A stretch of 64,000 bases of DNA from an uncultured archaeon (GCA_964447495.1 CAYUTF010000002.1:32001-96000), one strand, 5' to 3'; positions 41,526-51,330 are shown, counted from the stretch's first letter. The notes: generated by a model from the sequence alone, not told the origin. Numbers and translations: made by a program.

Positions 41526-42323
41526 ATGCTACTAGAACTAAAGAACGTAACTATTCCTACTTTTGACCAAAAATGTGTAATTGTAAACAATATTTCATTT
41601 GGAGTCAAAGAAAATTCCATACATGCCGTTATTGGACCTAATGGTTCAGGAAAATCCACATTGGCATATACCATAATGGGATTAGAGTTATATAAAATAA
41701 AAGAGGGTAATATCATATTCGATGGAAAGGATATTACTAATCTTTCAATAACAGAACGGGCAAAGTTAGGAATAACTTTAACATGGCAAGAACCAGCGAG
41801 AATAGAAGGATTATCTGTTTTCAAATATATAACACTTGGAATTAAAGATAAGACTATTTTAAAAGAGAGAGTTGATGAATCATTAAAAATAGTTAATTTA
41901 GAGCCTGAAAAATATATGAATCGAAAGATAGATGAGACACTTAGTGGTGGAGAACGCAAAAGAATTGAATTAGCTGCGGCAATCGCGATGAGACCAAGAT
42001 TAATCATTTTAGATGAACCTGATAGTGGATTAGATATGATTGTTGTGGAGGATTTCTTAAATATTTTTAATAGAATAAAAGCTTTGGATATGACAATTTT
42101 ACTCATCACTCATCGTGAGGATATAGGGATGGTAGCAGATTATGGAACACTTTTATGGCGAGGAGATGCATTATTAACAGATGAATTCCCTAAAGTGATG
42201 CTTAAATATTGTGCTAAGGCAGGACTGAAAGAATTCTGTAAAAGAACCCTCTATAAGAATGGAGGAGTATGTTTTGATAACGATTATATCGATAAAATTT
42301 TCAGAGAGGAAAATATGTCATGA
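41526..42323 (+). CDS. sufC: SufC/SmsC-like ABC ATPase
   Basis: GPNGSGKST, LSGGERKRIE, DEPDSGLD; C-terminal Cys residues. Confidence 0.85.
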   Translation: MLLELKNVTIPTFDQKCVIVNNISFGVKENSIHAVIGPNGSGKSTLAYTIMGLELYKIKEGNIIFDGKDITNLSITERAKLGITLTWQEPARIEGLSVFKYITLGIKDKTILKERVDESLKIVNLEPEKYMNRKIDETLSGGERKRIELAAAIAMRPRLIILDEPDSGLDMIVVEDFLNIFNRIKALDMTILLITHREDIGMVADYGTLLWRGDALLTDEFPKVMLKYCAKAGLKEFCKRTLYKNGGVCFDNDYIDKIFREENMS

Positions 42324-43282
42324 GTAAAACTGGCTATCCTGAAGAAATATTGCAAAGTCTTGAAGATTATAACATCGATATTCGAGATTTTATGCCTGGT
42401 CATGGTAAGGGTGCAAAATTATTATTGAATTTTAATAAAATTTCAGGAATAGAACAAGTAGAGGGTGTTATTTTACAAGGAAAAGAAATTCCAAATGGTA
42501 TTATTGCTGATGTGATTATTAAAGAGGGAACGGTTCATGAAGAACCGATACATCTATGTTTTGGAGTAAACAAAGAAACGGGAATTCAAGAAATCTTTCC
42601 TAGGATTATTGCAGAGGATAATACTGATGTAAAAATACAAGCACATTGTAGTTTTCCTAATGCAGATGGTTTAATCCATAAAATGTTCGGTCATTTTTAT
42701 ATAGGAAATAATTGTAATTTCGAATATAGCGAAACTCATTACCATGGAGAGAAGAGTGGTGCTTTAGTGGCTCCTGTAGCCTATATGTATATAGGAGAGA
42801 ATAGCGTTTTCGAAAATAATTTCAATTTAACTAAGGGAACTCCTGGTAAGGTTAAAATTTTAATTGATATTTATGCGATGAAAAATAGTGTAATTAAGTC
42901 AAATATAAGAGCATTTGGCAAAAGTAGGCGTGATTCGATCAGAATTAAAGATTCTGTGTTTCTTGAGGGGGAAAAAGCAAGAAGTATAATAAAAATGAAA
43001 GCTGCAGCTCGAGATGGTGGAGAGGTTTTAATGTTCGGCGTTACTGAAGGGAATGCTCCATATTGTAATGGTCATGTAGAATGCAGCGAAATAGTACTTG
43101 GAAAAGGCTCAATCTGCAGAGCACGTCCATTTATTAGGGCAACAGACCCTACATGTAGTGTTTCACATGAAGCTTCTTTAGGAAGATTTCCGCAAAAATG
43201 GTTAGATGAAATTCAAGCAAAAGGTTTGACAGAAGCAGAAGCAACAGATATCCTAATAGAAGCAATGCTTAATGAAGATTAA
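42320..43282 (+). CDS. SufB/SufD-family (SmsB-like) Fe-S assembly protein
   Basis: PIHLCFG, AHCSFPNA, GHVECSEI, SHEASLG; overlaps the sufC stop (ATGA). Confidence 0.85.
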   Translation: MSKTGYPEEILQSLEDYNIDIRDFMPGHGKGAKLLLNFNKISGIEQVEGVILQGKEIPNGIIADVIIKEGTVHEEPIHLCFGVNKETGIQEIFPRIIAEDNTDVKIQAHCSFPNADGLIHKMFGHFYIGNNCNFEYSETHYHGEKSGALVAPVAYMYIGENSVFENNFNLTKGTPGKVKILIDIYAMKNSVIKSNIRAFGKSRRDSIRIKDSVFLEGEKARSIIKMKAAARDGGEVLMFGVTEGNAPYCNGHVECSEIVLGKGSICRARPFIRATDPTCSVSHEASLGRFPQKWLDEIQAKGLTEAEATDILIEAMLNED

Positions 43283-43337
43283 TAATATTAAAAATGAGAA
43301 TTAGAGAGGAAAATTAAAATAGAAAAAGTGAAAAAAA

Positions 43338-43856
43338 ATGGGAAAAAATAAACTAAAAGTGGGAGAGAAAGCTCCTTTATTTCAAATAAATTCCTTTAAT
43401 ATGGGCAATATTGTACTAAAAGATTTAATAGGCAAACAAAAAATAGTAATAATCTTTAGTAGATACTTCGGATGCCCGATATGTCAGTTAGATTTGAACA
43501 TTTTACTTGAGAGTGTTCCAAAAATACGAGAAAAAGGAGCAATATTGTTATATATAACACAATCAGGGGAAGAAGTGGCTAATCAATTTATTAAGAAATA
43601 TTCAATTGATTTCCCTGTAATATCGTCTACAAAGGAAGAATTATATGCCGAATATGGGTTAGGAATGATGACTGCGGGTGCATTAACGAAAATTCCGGGA
43701 AAATTAAAAGAAGCAAAATCTAAGGGAATAGAGCATGGTGACTATGAAGGTTGGGAAAAACAAGGCCCAGGACAGTTTGTAATAGATGAGAATGGAATAA
43801 TTATCCATGCAGAAACAGGTTGGTTATATCTTCCTGGAATATTTGAAGTTTTATGA
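43338..43856 (+). CDS. AhpC/TSA-family redoxin
   Basis: GEKAPLF, RYFGCPIC, FVIDENG. Confidence 0.85.
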   Translation: MGKNKLKVGEKAPLFQINSFNMGNIVLKDLIGKQKIVIIFSRYFGCPICQLDLNILLESVPKIREKGAILLYITQSGEEVANQFIKKYSIDFPVISSTKEELYAEYGLGMMTAGALTKIPGKLKEAKSKGIEHGDYEGWEKQGPGQFVIDENGIIIHAETGWLYLPGIFEVL

Positions 43857-43911
43857 TTCAGTCAAATAGATAAAATGTAGAAGTGAACAATATATAAGTT
43901 TGGAATGATAA

Positions 43912-44556
43912 ATGAAAGAAAATACGAAATACCATGATTATCTTTTCAATGGTAAGATTGTAGTTGATGAAATCCAACCTTGGTTTGAGTTTGGAACCGG
44001 AAAACCGTGGGATGATTCTGAAATACCATGGGTTTTGGATAATAAAGTTCGGAGAGAAATTTTAATAATTCTTTCAGATGGATCTAAAACGCTAAAGGAA
44101 ATACGGGATAAGATACATTTTTCGCCAAAACCATTGTTGATTAATCAAGAAAAATATAATCCTAAGATAAAATATCAGTGGGATGAGGCTACTATTCAGA
44201 ATCATTTAATGAATCTGGAATGGTATAATCTCATTAAAGTTAAAGATAACAAATATGAATTAACCTTTCCGATCTTTAAAAAGAAAGATATGTCCAATTT
44301 AGAGCAATATATATTACAGTTTGCTAATAATTGGATAAAAGTTATTTTAAATACAAAAGAGCATCTGCAGAAAGCTTATGCAAATTCTGATAATTACCCA
44401 GAAATATTAGAAATTTTGATAGATAAAGCAGTTGGAAAACTCTATGAACTTCTAAAAGAACAAAATCTGCTTCCAAATGAACCCAATTTAAAAGCATTAT
44501 GGGCGGAGCAAATAAGAGCTATTAAATTTGAAGAGTGGCTTAAAAAAGCTTTTTAA
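43912..44556 (+). CDS. ArsR-like winged-helix protein
   Basis: LDNKVRREILIIL...IQNHLMNLEWYNLI. Confidence 0.6.
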   Translation: MKENTKYHDYLFNGKIVVDEIQPWFEFGTGKPWDDSEIPWVLDNKVRREILIILSDGSKTLKEIRDKIHFSPKPLLINQEKYNPKIKYQWDEATIQNHLMNLEWYNLIKVKDNKYELTFPIFKKKDMSNLEQYILQFANNWIKVILNTKEHLQKAYANSDNYPEILEILIDKAVGKLYELLKEQNLLPNEPNLKALWAEQIRAIKFEEWLKKAF

Positions 44557-44732
44557 ATTTCACCAATGGGTTCTTTTTCAAATTTTTTTCTTTTTTATAT
44601 TACCTGCATATCACTTAATTTCAAAAGAAAATCTCATATTTTTTTAATATATATATGTGGATATTTCTCTGCTATTATAAGCTTATCCATAGATAATTTT
44701 CATAATATGAAAACCTGTGTAGGAATCAAATC

Positions 44733-44996
44733 ATGATGATTAGTTCGGATCTAAGTGAATCGGAGCCCATTTTAAATTTAAAAGATTTATTTTATGATAT
44801 TGCCGTTTTTGAAGATATTAAACAAAAGATTGAAAATATTCCTAGAAATTCAATAAATGAAAACTTCAAATTGCTTCAACAGATTCAAAACATTCTTCAA
44901 AAGTGCTCTCACCTAACCGATAAACAAAAATTTTTATATTGCGAAAGTCAAAGATATTTTATGAAATTATATTTACGGGATGTTAACAGCCAATAA
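44733..44996 (+). CDS. Hypothetical protein
   Basis: 87 aa ORF, no recognised motif. Confidence 0.4.
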   Translation: MMISSDLSESEPILNLKDLFYDIAVFEDIKQKIENIPRNSINENFKLLQQIQNILQKCSHLTDKQKFLYCESQRYFMKLYLRDVNSQ

Positions 44997-45040
44997 ATAT
45001 GATTATCCTCATTTTATTCCCTAAATTTATTCCTAATGAT

Positions 45041-46741
45041 TTAAAAATAATACTTTCTTACTTCTCTGATTACTAAATTAATCAAATCACTATCTTTCTT
45101 GATAGGATATAAGTTCACTTTTTTAGAGAGGTCCTTAAACTTATTTTTAGGAATTTTAGAGGATCCAATGAAAAACCCAACAACATGATGCCCTTGGTCT
45201 GTTAAAGTTAGGAACAACTTTTTGGAAGCATTCCAATTATAAATTCCAAAATCAGTAATAATAAAGACCAAAACATTATTAGTGGCAATTTTACATTGAT
45301 TAGAAATTGCTTTCAGTGGGAGTTGAGTGCCTCCACCTTGATATCTCAGTAAAGTTTCTTCTGCTAAATGATAATTTGATGTCCAATTGCATGTATCTGC
45401 TATGTTAGAAAAATTAATTACGCTAAATTTTATTGCTTTTTGCGCAGCAAAGTGAAGTGCCGCAAAAGCTGCAATTAATGCAGTATGATAAGTTCCTGTG
45501 GGATGCTTTTTATTATAATTCCAATTCATTGAACCTGAAGAATCAATAACAAGTAAAAGATCTGGTATTTGTACTTCACGAATTATTCCATCATGTTCTC
45601 TCTTTACCCATTTTCGTGTTGTAATATTTGGTATAATAATTGGACTGTTTAGTAGAGTTTGAGTTATATCTAATTCCTCTATAGGATCCCCTAATCGCCA
45701 TGTTTCTGGAAAAATGGGCAATTCTTCTCCCTTTTTCTCTTCATATATTTTAATTTGGATTAAATCTTTAGCTTTTCCTCTATACCATGTAGCTAAAGGA
45801 TTCAAATCTAAGAGAATTCCTGCTTGACTCGCAGGAGCTCCAAATTCTGAATAAGGTGTTTCTTTTGCAAAATCCTCTGCTTTTTGAGTTAAAGTATCCT
45901 TATTATCGGGTTTTAATTTATCAATATTTCTACTTTCGATGGGATTATCCATTATTTCTATAATATCTTCTGGAATTTCAATATACATATTTTCTTCTGC
46001 AGGAGATTTCTTATTAACGAAATTTTTTCTTTTTTTGTGTTTGATGTCGACTAGATTAAATGTTACATTTATTAATGGCTGTAAAATTAAAGCGAGTTTT
46101 GATACTTTTTTCTCCCATAAAGATTCATCTTCAAATTTATTAGAGATAATCTCTTCTGCCCTCTCTGCTAGAAGATTTAATTCATCAGGTATTTTACTCT
46201 TTAGAAGTGTGATTTTTAACAATTTTTCATAAACACAAAAAAGAAATATGGAGAAATCACTCATTCTTTTATGATGAGCTTCTAATATATGATTGTAAGT
46301 GGTTTTAAGTTCCCAAGATATAAGTTTAGGGTGTTTTGCGTATAACTTTGTATCAATAATTAAATCGGAAAACAAATTTACTACGATTGGAGCAAAAGTT
46401 TCATTAATATGTTTCATTGCTGCTTTTAATAACTTAGCATTAGTGAATCCATCATAAGGAATGATCTGATAATGAGATACTTCGTGTAATGTAATAGCAT
46501 AAAAAAAATTAATATAATCGTCATCGTTTAAAAAAACCGGACAATTTGCTAAATTCATTGTAATTTGCCATCTATGAATAGGATCTATATAAAATCCTTC
46601 TCTATTTGAATAATCAAATACGAAATTTGGTTCACTTAAAGGAGGAAAGTAAAATTCAGCAAGAGTTTTATTAAATGCTACTTTGGCAAATGTTATGACT
46701 TTTTTCTCTTTATCGTTTAAGTCTCTATTTTTAGCGCTCAT
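45041..46741 (-). CDS. vWA-domain protein with N-terminal HExxH motif; likely partner of the MoxR-like ATPase
   Basis: HEVSH; LVIDSSGSM (MIDAS), GGGT, IITD. Confidence 0.85.
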   Translation of the reverse strand: MSAKNRDLNDKEKKVITFAKVAFNKTLAEFYFPPLSEPNFVFDYSNREGFYIDPIHRWQITMNLANCPVFLNDDDYINFFYAITLHEVSHYQIIPYDGFTNAKLLKAAMKHINETFAPIVVNLFSDLIIDTKLYAKHPKLISWELKTTYNHILEAHHKRMSDFSIFLFCVYEKLLKITLLKSKIPDELNLLAERAEEIISNKFEDESLWEKKVSKLALILQPLINVTFNLVDIKHKKRKNFVNKKSPAEENMYIEIPEDIIEIMDNPIESRNIDKLKPDNKDTLTQKAEDFAKETPYSEFGAPASQAGILLDLNPLATWYRGKAKDLIQIKIYEEKKGEELPIFPETWRLGDPIEELDITQTLLNSPIIIPNITTRKWVKREHDGIIREVQIPDLLLVIDSSGSMNWNYNKKHPTGTYHTALIAAFAALHFAAQKAIKFSVINFSNIADTCNWTSNYHLAEETLLRYQGGGTQLPLKAISNQCKIATNNVLVFIITDFGIYNWNASKKLFLTLTDQGHHVVGFFIGSSKIPKNKFKDLSKKVNLYPIKKDSDLINLVIREVRKYYF

Positions 46742-47087
46742 CCCTATTAACTGAGTTATATTTATGATATTTTGTAGTTAAATCATTTATTCTTATTATA
46801 AGAGGATATTTATTTTTTTTATTCCTTAGACTTATATAAGCAATAATATAATAATAATTTATAATTACAATAACTCTTAGAACTTTTAAATTTAAAAGGT
46901 TTGCAATAAGATTATCCAATCCAAATTTAATAATAAAAGATTATAGAAAATTTCTCTTTAAGATCACCTATTAAAATTGACATAATAAAAGTAGTAAATA
47001 AGCAATCACTTGAATTTGCCCATTTTGCGAGTATTTGGAAGAAAAAGCCATCCATGGAAATAAAGAATAATAAAATATTGATGTGTT

Positions 47088-47774
47088 TTGGTAATTTTAG
47101 ATATGTCGTATGTTTATATGAAAGCATTGGAAAAAAAGGCGAAAAAATATGATAAAGGAATAAGATTTTTAACGTTAGGACGACTTCCGAAAATCAAAAG
47201 TTATATTTCAGATACTATAGTTCAGAAGAATGATACTATTTTAGATATCGGCATGGGCACGGGAACATTCGCAATTTTATGTGCAAAAAAAGGAGCAAAT
47301 GTTATTGGTATTGACAATTCAGAAAAAATGCTGGAAGTGGCAAAAAAAAATATTGAAGTAAAAAGATTAATGCATAGGATCCAAATCATTAAAATGCCAG
47401 TCATTGAATTAGATCACCAATTTTCTGATAATTCATTTGATAAAATTACTGCTATATTAGCATTTAGTGAACTTTATCAGGACGAGCAAAATTTTTGCTT
47501 GAAACAGATAAATAGAATATTACGCGATGATGGTGAATTTATTTTAGTTGATGAAGTTAAACCTAAAAAAATTTTGAAAAAAATTGCATATCTTATTATT
47601 AGACTACCTTTAGTGTTTATCACATATCTAAAATCTCAATTAACCACTAAATCTTTAAAAAACATTGAAGAGAGACTAAAAAATTATAATTTTTCTTTAA
47701 TTGAAGAAAAATATTTTTTATTAGATACTTTAAAATTATTTAGGTTGAAAAAGAGGATTAACACTGAGATGTGA
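47088..47774 (+). CDS. Class I SAM methyltransferase next to a corrinoid protein (CpaM-like)
   Basis: ILDIGMGTG, GIDNSEKML; stop overlaps the next start. Confidence 0.8.
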   Translation: MVILDMSYVYMKALEKKAKKYDKGIRFLTLGRLPKIKSYISDTIVQKNDTILDIGMGTGTFAILCAKKGANVIGIDNSEKMLEVAKKNIEVKRLMHRIQIIKMPVIELDHQFSDNSFDKITAILAFSELYQDEQNFCLKQINRILRDDGEFILVDEVKPKKILKKIAYLIIRLPLVFITYLKSQLTTKSLKNIEERLKNYNFSLIEEKYFLLDTLKLFRLKKRINTEM

Positions 47775-48871
47775 GAAAAATGAGGATAAAAGATAGAGTA
47801 AAATTATTTTTTAGCTTTTTTTTTAGATGGACTGGTTTCCCTATAGAACCAACCCTTATAAAAGTTGGAAACCCTACAAATGAAAGTCCAGTTCTGCTTA
47901 CATGTAATTTCATTTTAACAGTTAGGCGAGTTTTAAAGGCAATTAAAAAGCTTGACTGCTTTTTATTAATCGCTCCTTCCAAAGGAATTAATGTATGGTG
48001 TGGAGCGTGTGGAGATGATTTTCATACAGATTCAGTCTTATCAATTATAAAAACCAGCGGGATTAACGATGTTGTGTCTAATAGGACTTTAATTTTACCT
48101 CAATTAAGCGCTCCTGGAATAGATCCAACAATTATTAAAAAAAAATCGGGATGGACAGCAATATTTGGACCAGTTTATGCAAAAGATATTCCATCATTTA
48201 TTAATAGTAAACTTAAAAAATCAGAGTCACAAAAAATAGTTAGATTTCCGATTTCTCATAGAGCTGAAATGGCTACATTATATTTCTCTATTTTAATTCT
48301 TTTATTTTCAATTATCTTTTGGATTGTTGCCATTTTTTTATCAATCTTGAATCTAATACTTTATTTAGAGACCGTCTCAATTTTAGCGATTATTATTTAT
48401 GGCTCTATGCTGATTTTACCCAGTATTCCCTTTAAATCTGGAAAAATAATGGTATGGATTTATGAGGGTTTTGTTCTTCTCTTAATAGTACTATTCAATC
48501 TATTCATAATGGTTAGTATTTTTCATCTAATATGGAACATAATCTTTTCTTTTTTAATTTCAATGATTATGGCAGAAGATTTCCATGGGTTAACCCCAAT
48601 TTATAAAAGTGAATTAGGTGAAAAAACTTGGAAGAAAGGTAATGAAAAAATGAGATTTTTATTTGGTGAATACAAATTACAGCCATATGGTCAGATTGCT
48701 ATTATGAGAGATAAATGCATTGGATGTAAAGTATGTTTAGAAGTCTGTCCGAGAAGTTTATATGTATATAATGAAATTGATAAAAAGGTTGATTTAAGAA
48801 CTCCTGAAAAATGCATAAATTGTAATGCTTGCGTTAAAAGATGTTTAGCCCAATGTCTTGAAATAAAGTAA
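47771..48871 (+). CDS. HgcAB-like fusion: corrinoid domain, TM helices, 2x[4Fe-4S] ferredoxin
   Basis: GNPTNESPVLLTCN, GINVWCGACG, LILPQL, FGPVYAKDI; CIGCKVCLEVCP and CINCNACVKRC. Confidence 0.82.
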   Translation: MRKMRIKDRVKLFFSFFFRWTGFPIEPTLIKVGNPTNESPVLLTCNFILTVRRVLKAIKKLDCFLLIAPSKGINVWCGACGDDFHTDSVLSIIKTSGINDVVSNRTLILPQLSAPGIDPTIIKKKSGWTAIFGPVYAKDIPSFINSKLKKSESQKIVRFPISHRAEMATLYFSILILLFSIIFWIVAIFLSILNLILYLETVSILAIIIYGSMLILPSIPFKSGKIMVWIYEGFVLLLIVLFNLFIMVSIFHLIWNIIFSFLISMIMAEDFHGLTPIYKSELGEKTWKKGNEKMRFLFGEYKLQPYGQIAIMRDKCIGCKVCLEVCPRSLYVYNEIDKKVDLRTPEKCINCNACVKRCLAQCLEIK

Positions 48872-48948
48872 GTATTAATGAAATACATTGTCATATGCTC
48901 ACGTTCATAATATATGTTGTATTAATCTAAAATAAAAATGTTCATTCG

Positions 48949-49521
48949 ATGGTTATAATGCCTAATTCAAACAATACAAAAATGAATGATGGGGAATTAC
49001 CACGCTCTGGATCGGTTATGTTTAATTTTCATTTTCAAAATGAAGAGGATAAGAAAAAGGTTTTAAAGCGATGGCAAAAAATAAATAAATATTTAATGAT
49101 TCCATTGTATAGAGTGAAATTGCTACCGTTATTAGGATTTGGGAAAATTTTTTTGATTTTAAAGACAAAAGGAAGGAAAACGGGAAAAATAAGAAGAACT
49201 CCATTAGAATATAGACGATACAACGATACTATTACCATTTTTGCTTCAAGAGGGGAAGATACAATGTGGGTAAAAAATCTGCGTTCACATCCAGAGGATG
49301 TGTCAGTAATGTATGGATTCCATCATTTTAAACCTCAAATAGAATTTATTGAAGATAAAAATCAAAAACTTACAATTATGAAATGGTATGTAAAGAATTT
49401 TGGAAAAGCAGCAAAAATGCTTTTTGGATGGGATCCAAAAAATGATGATCCTGAAACAATTGATTTTACAAAATTAATAAATTTGATATCTATTATCTTA
49501 CTTCATAAAATTAGTAAATGA
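48949..49521 (+). CDS. Deazaflavin (F420)-dependent nitroreductase family (Ddn-like)
   Basis: TKGRKTGKIRRTPL, WVKNLRSHP. Confidence 0.85.
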   Translation: MVIMPNSNNTKMNDGELPRSGSVMFNFHFQNEEDKKKVLKRWQKINKYLMIPLYRVKLLPLLGFGKIFLILKTKGRKTGKIRRTPLEYRRYNDTITIFASRGEDTMWVKNLRSHPEDVSVMYGFHHFKPQIEFIEDKNQKLTIMKWYVKNFGKAAKMLFGWDPKNDDPETIDFTKLINLISIILLHKISK

Positions 49522-49542
49522 ATTATTAAAGTAGTTGAAAAA

Positions 49543-51330
49543 TTATCCTTCTTTTTCAATATATTCTAAATTTTCTAAAAGAGATCTTAACTTTAAGGCA
49601 TTTGCACCTCCAGATACCTGTATATTAACTATTGAATCCTCATCCGTACCAGTAACATTGGTTTCGATTAATACCTTTTCTGCTCGTATCTGTTTTGTTT
49701 GCCGTTTACTTAATGCTTCTTTTAAGGGTTGATCCAAATTTGGAAATTCAGCAGCAATTTCTACCCAGACTTCTTTTTGATGAGAATATTTAAACGTAAA
49801 ATCTGAGACTGTTTGTTTATAAAGTTCTTGATCGCACCAATTAATTAGATAGGCTCTATTAGGAAATTCAAGATCATCAATTAAATTATTCCTAATTTCA
49901 GATAAACTTTTAATATCTCCATTCTTCACAGCGATATCTATTTTTCTAGCTAATTTTGAATACTTTTTTGCTTTTACTGATTTTATAAAAGAGATCAGAT
50001 CAAATTTAACTATTAAATCGTTCATTGCATAATTATCGAGCATTTTTAAATCATTTACTTCTGGAGTTCCATCACGAAAACGAGTAGCTATTTCATAACA
50101 GGGCTTTCGATTAATATATCGTTTCTTAATTTCTTCTAAAACATGTTTAGTAAACTCATATTTATTACCCCAGAATGGTGCTTTCTCCAATTCTCGTGAT
50201 GTATATTTCACGCGATGGGATATTATGTAAGGTGCAATTGTATTTACAATATTAATATCAACTATATTCAAGTTTAATAACCATGCTAAAGCTTTAGAAT
50301 ATCTAAGAAGATCTTTTGCTACTCTTACACTTAGAATGGAATCAATTTTATTGCAAACGCTTTGTTCGGTGTTGAAATGACATCCAGAACACAATCCAGA
50401 ACTGGGTTTGATATTTTCAGAATTCCCCTTATCTACGCGAGCACATAAAGTATATTCTCTTATTATTGCATGAATATAATTATTCACTTCTGTTTCGAAT
50501 TTCATCTTGTTTACATGGTACCAAATTTCCATGAGACCATCAATATGTAAGATTTTAGGTACTTCAATCAATTCATCATATCCAGAATATTTTTCGTCCT
50601 TTCCTGTAAGTATTAATGATAAATCATTACTTGTTGGCATTGAGATAGGAACTGATATTCCAAAACGATCTAGAAACGGTTGAGACAGTTTTCGAATAAT
50701 TTGGAAATCAAATTAAATTTCGAATGTCCCAACATCTTGTGGATTTATAGTAGCATAAAGCGTGTATTTTTCTATAGTATTAATGGCATCGTAATATTTT
50801 ACTTTTCCTTCAGCTAATAAGGATAAAAGAATATCTTGGGCATATGGTGTCAATCTGTTGACCTCATCGATAATTTTCCAAAATCCAGTTACAAATTGCC
50901 TCCAAACGACTACTTCTTCCCCGTCTTTCATTAACTTTCCTAATTTTAAAGTCCCTGTAAGTTTTTCTTCTGTGAGTTGCGGTTAGCCGTTAAACGCTGA
51001 GAGCGATTAACTATGACCCCTTACAATGGAACTTTCAATTTGATCCAATGTCATACCAGTGAACATCCTACCTAATAGTTTAACTAAAGTAGTTTTACCC
51101 CCACCATGTCCTCCAACTAATAACATAGCAGAGTTTGGTACTAGCGCATTTAAAACACACATAGATAAAATTTCAGGCAATGTATTTGTTATAAGCTTCT
51201 TCTTATCCTCATTAAAATATTTAACTTCCAAATTTTTAGAATGAACAAATAATTGATTTGCTTGGATGAGGTTAATAGTGTTCCATACTTTTTTTCTTAA
51301 TGATTCTTCTTCTCCTAATATATTTGACAT
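49543..51330 (-). CDS. MoxR-like AAA+ ATPase; three exons (51330-51013, 50982-50719, 50688-49543), 575 aa after removing two 30-nt introns
   Basis: Walker A GGHGGGKT, spliced RGHPQLTEEKL, Walker B IIDEVNR, spliced NPQDVGTFELSQPFLDRF; all exons in one frame and the only internal stops lie inside the two inserts. Confidence 0.88.
50689..50718 (-). other. Putative 30-nt BHB-type mRNA intron (intron 2 of the MoxR-like gene)
   Basis: AUUUAAUUUGAUUUCCAAAUUAUUCGAAAA; outer helix GUUGGGACA/UGUCUCAAC, central UUCG/CGAA, bulges AA^A and AA^C. Confidence 0.85.
50983..51012 (-). other. Putative 30-nt BHB-type mRNA intron (intron 1 of the MoxR-like gene)
   Basis: AGUUAAUCGCUCUCAGCGUUUAACGGCUAA; central GGUC/GGCU, bulges AU^A and AA^C, inner GUUAA/UUAAC plus CGCU/AGCG. 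Confidence 0.85.

Noticed and set aside
50689-51012. Stop read-through or selenocysteine in the MoxR-like gene
   Set aside because: The in-frame stops are UAA, and read-through would add 10 residues inside each of two conserved motifs.
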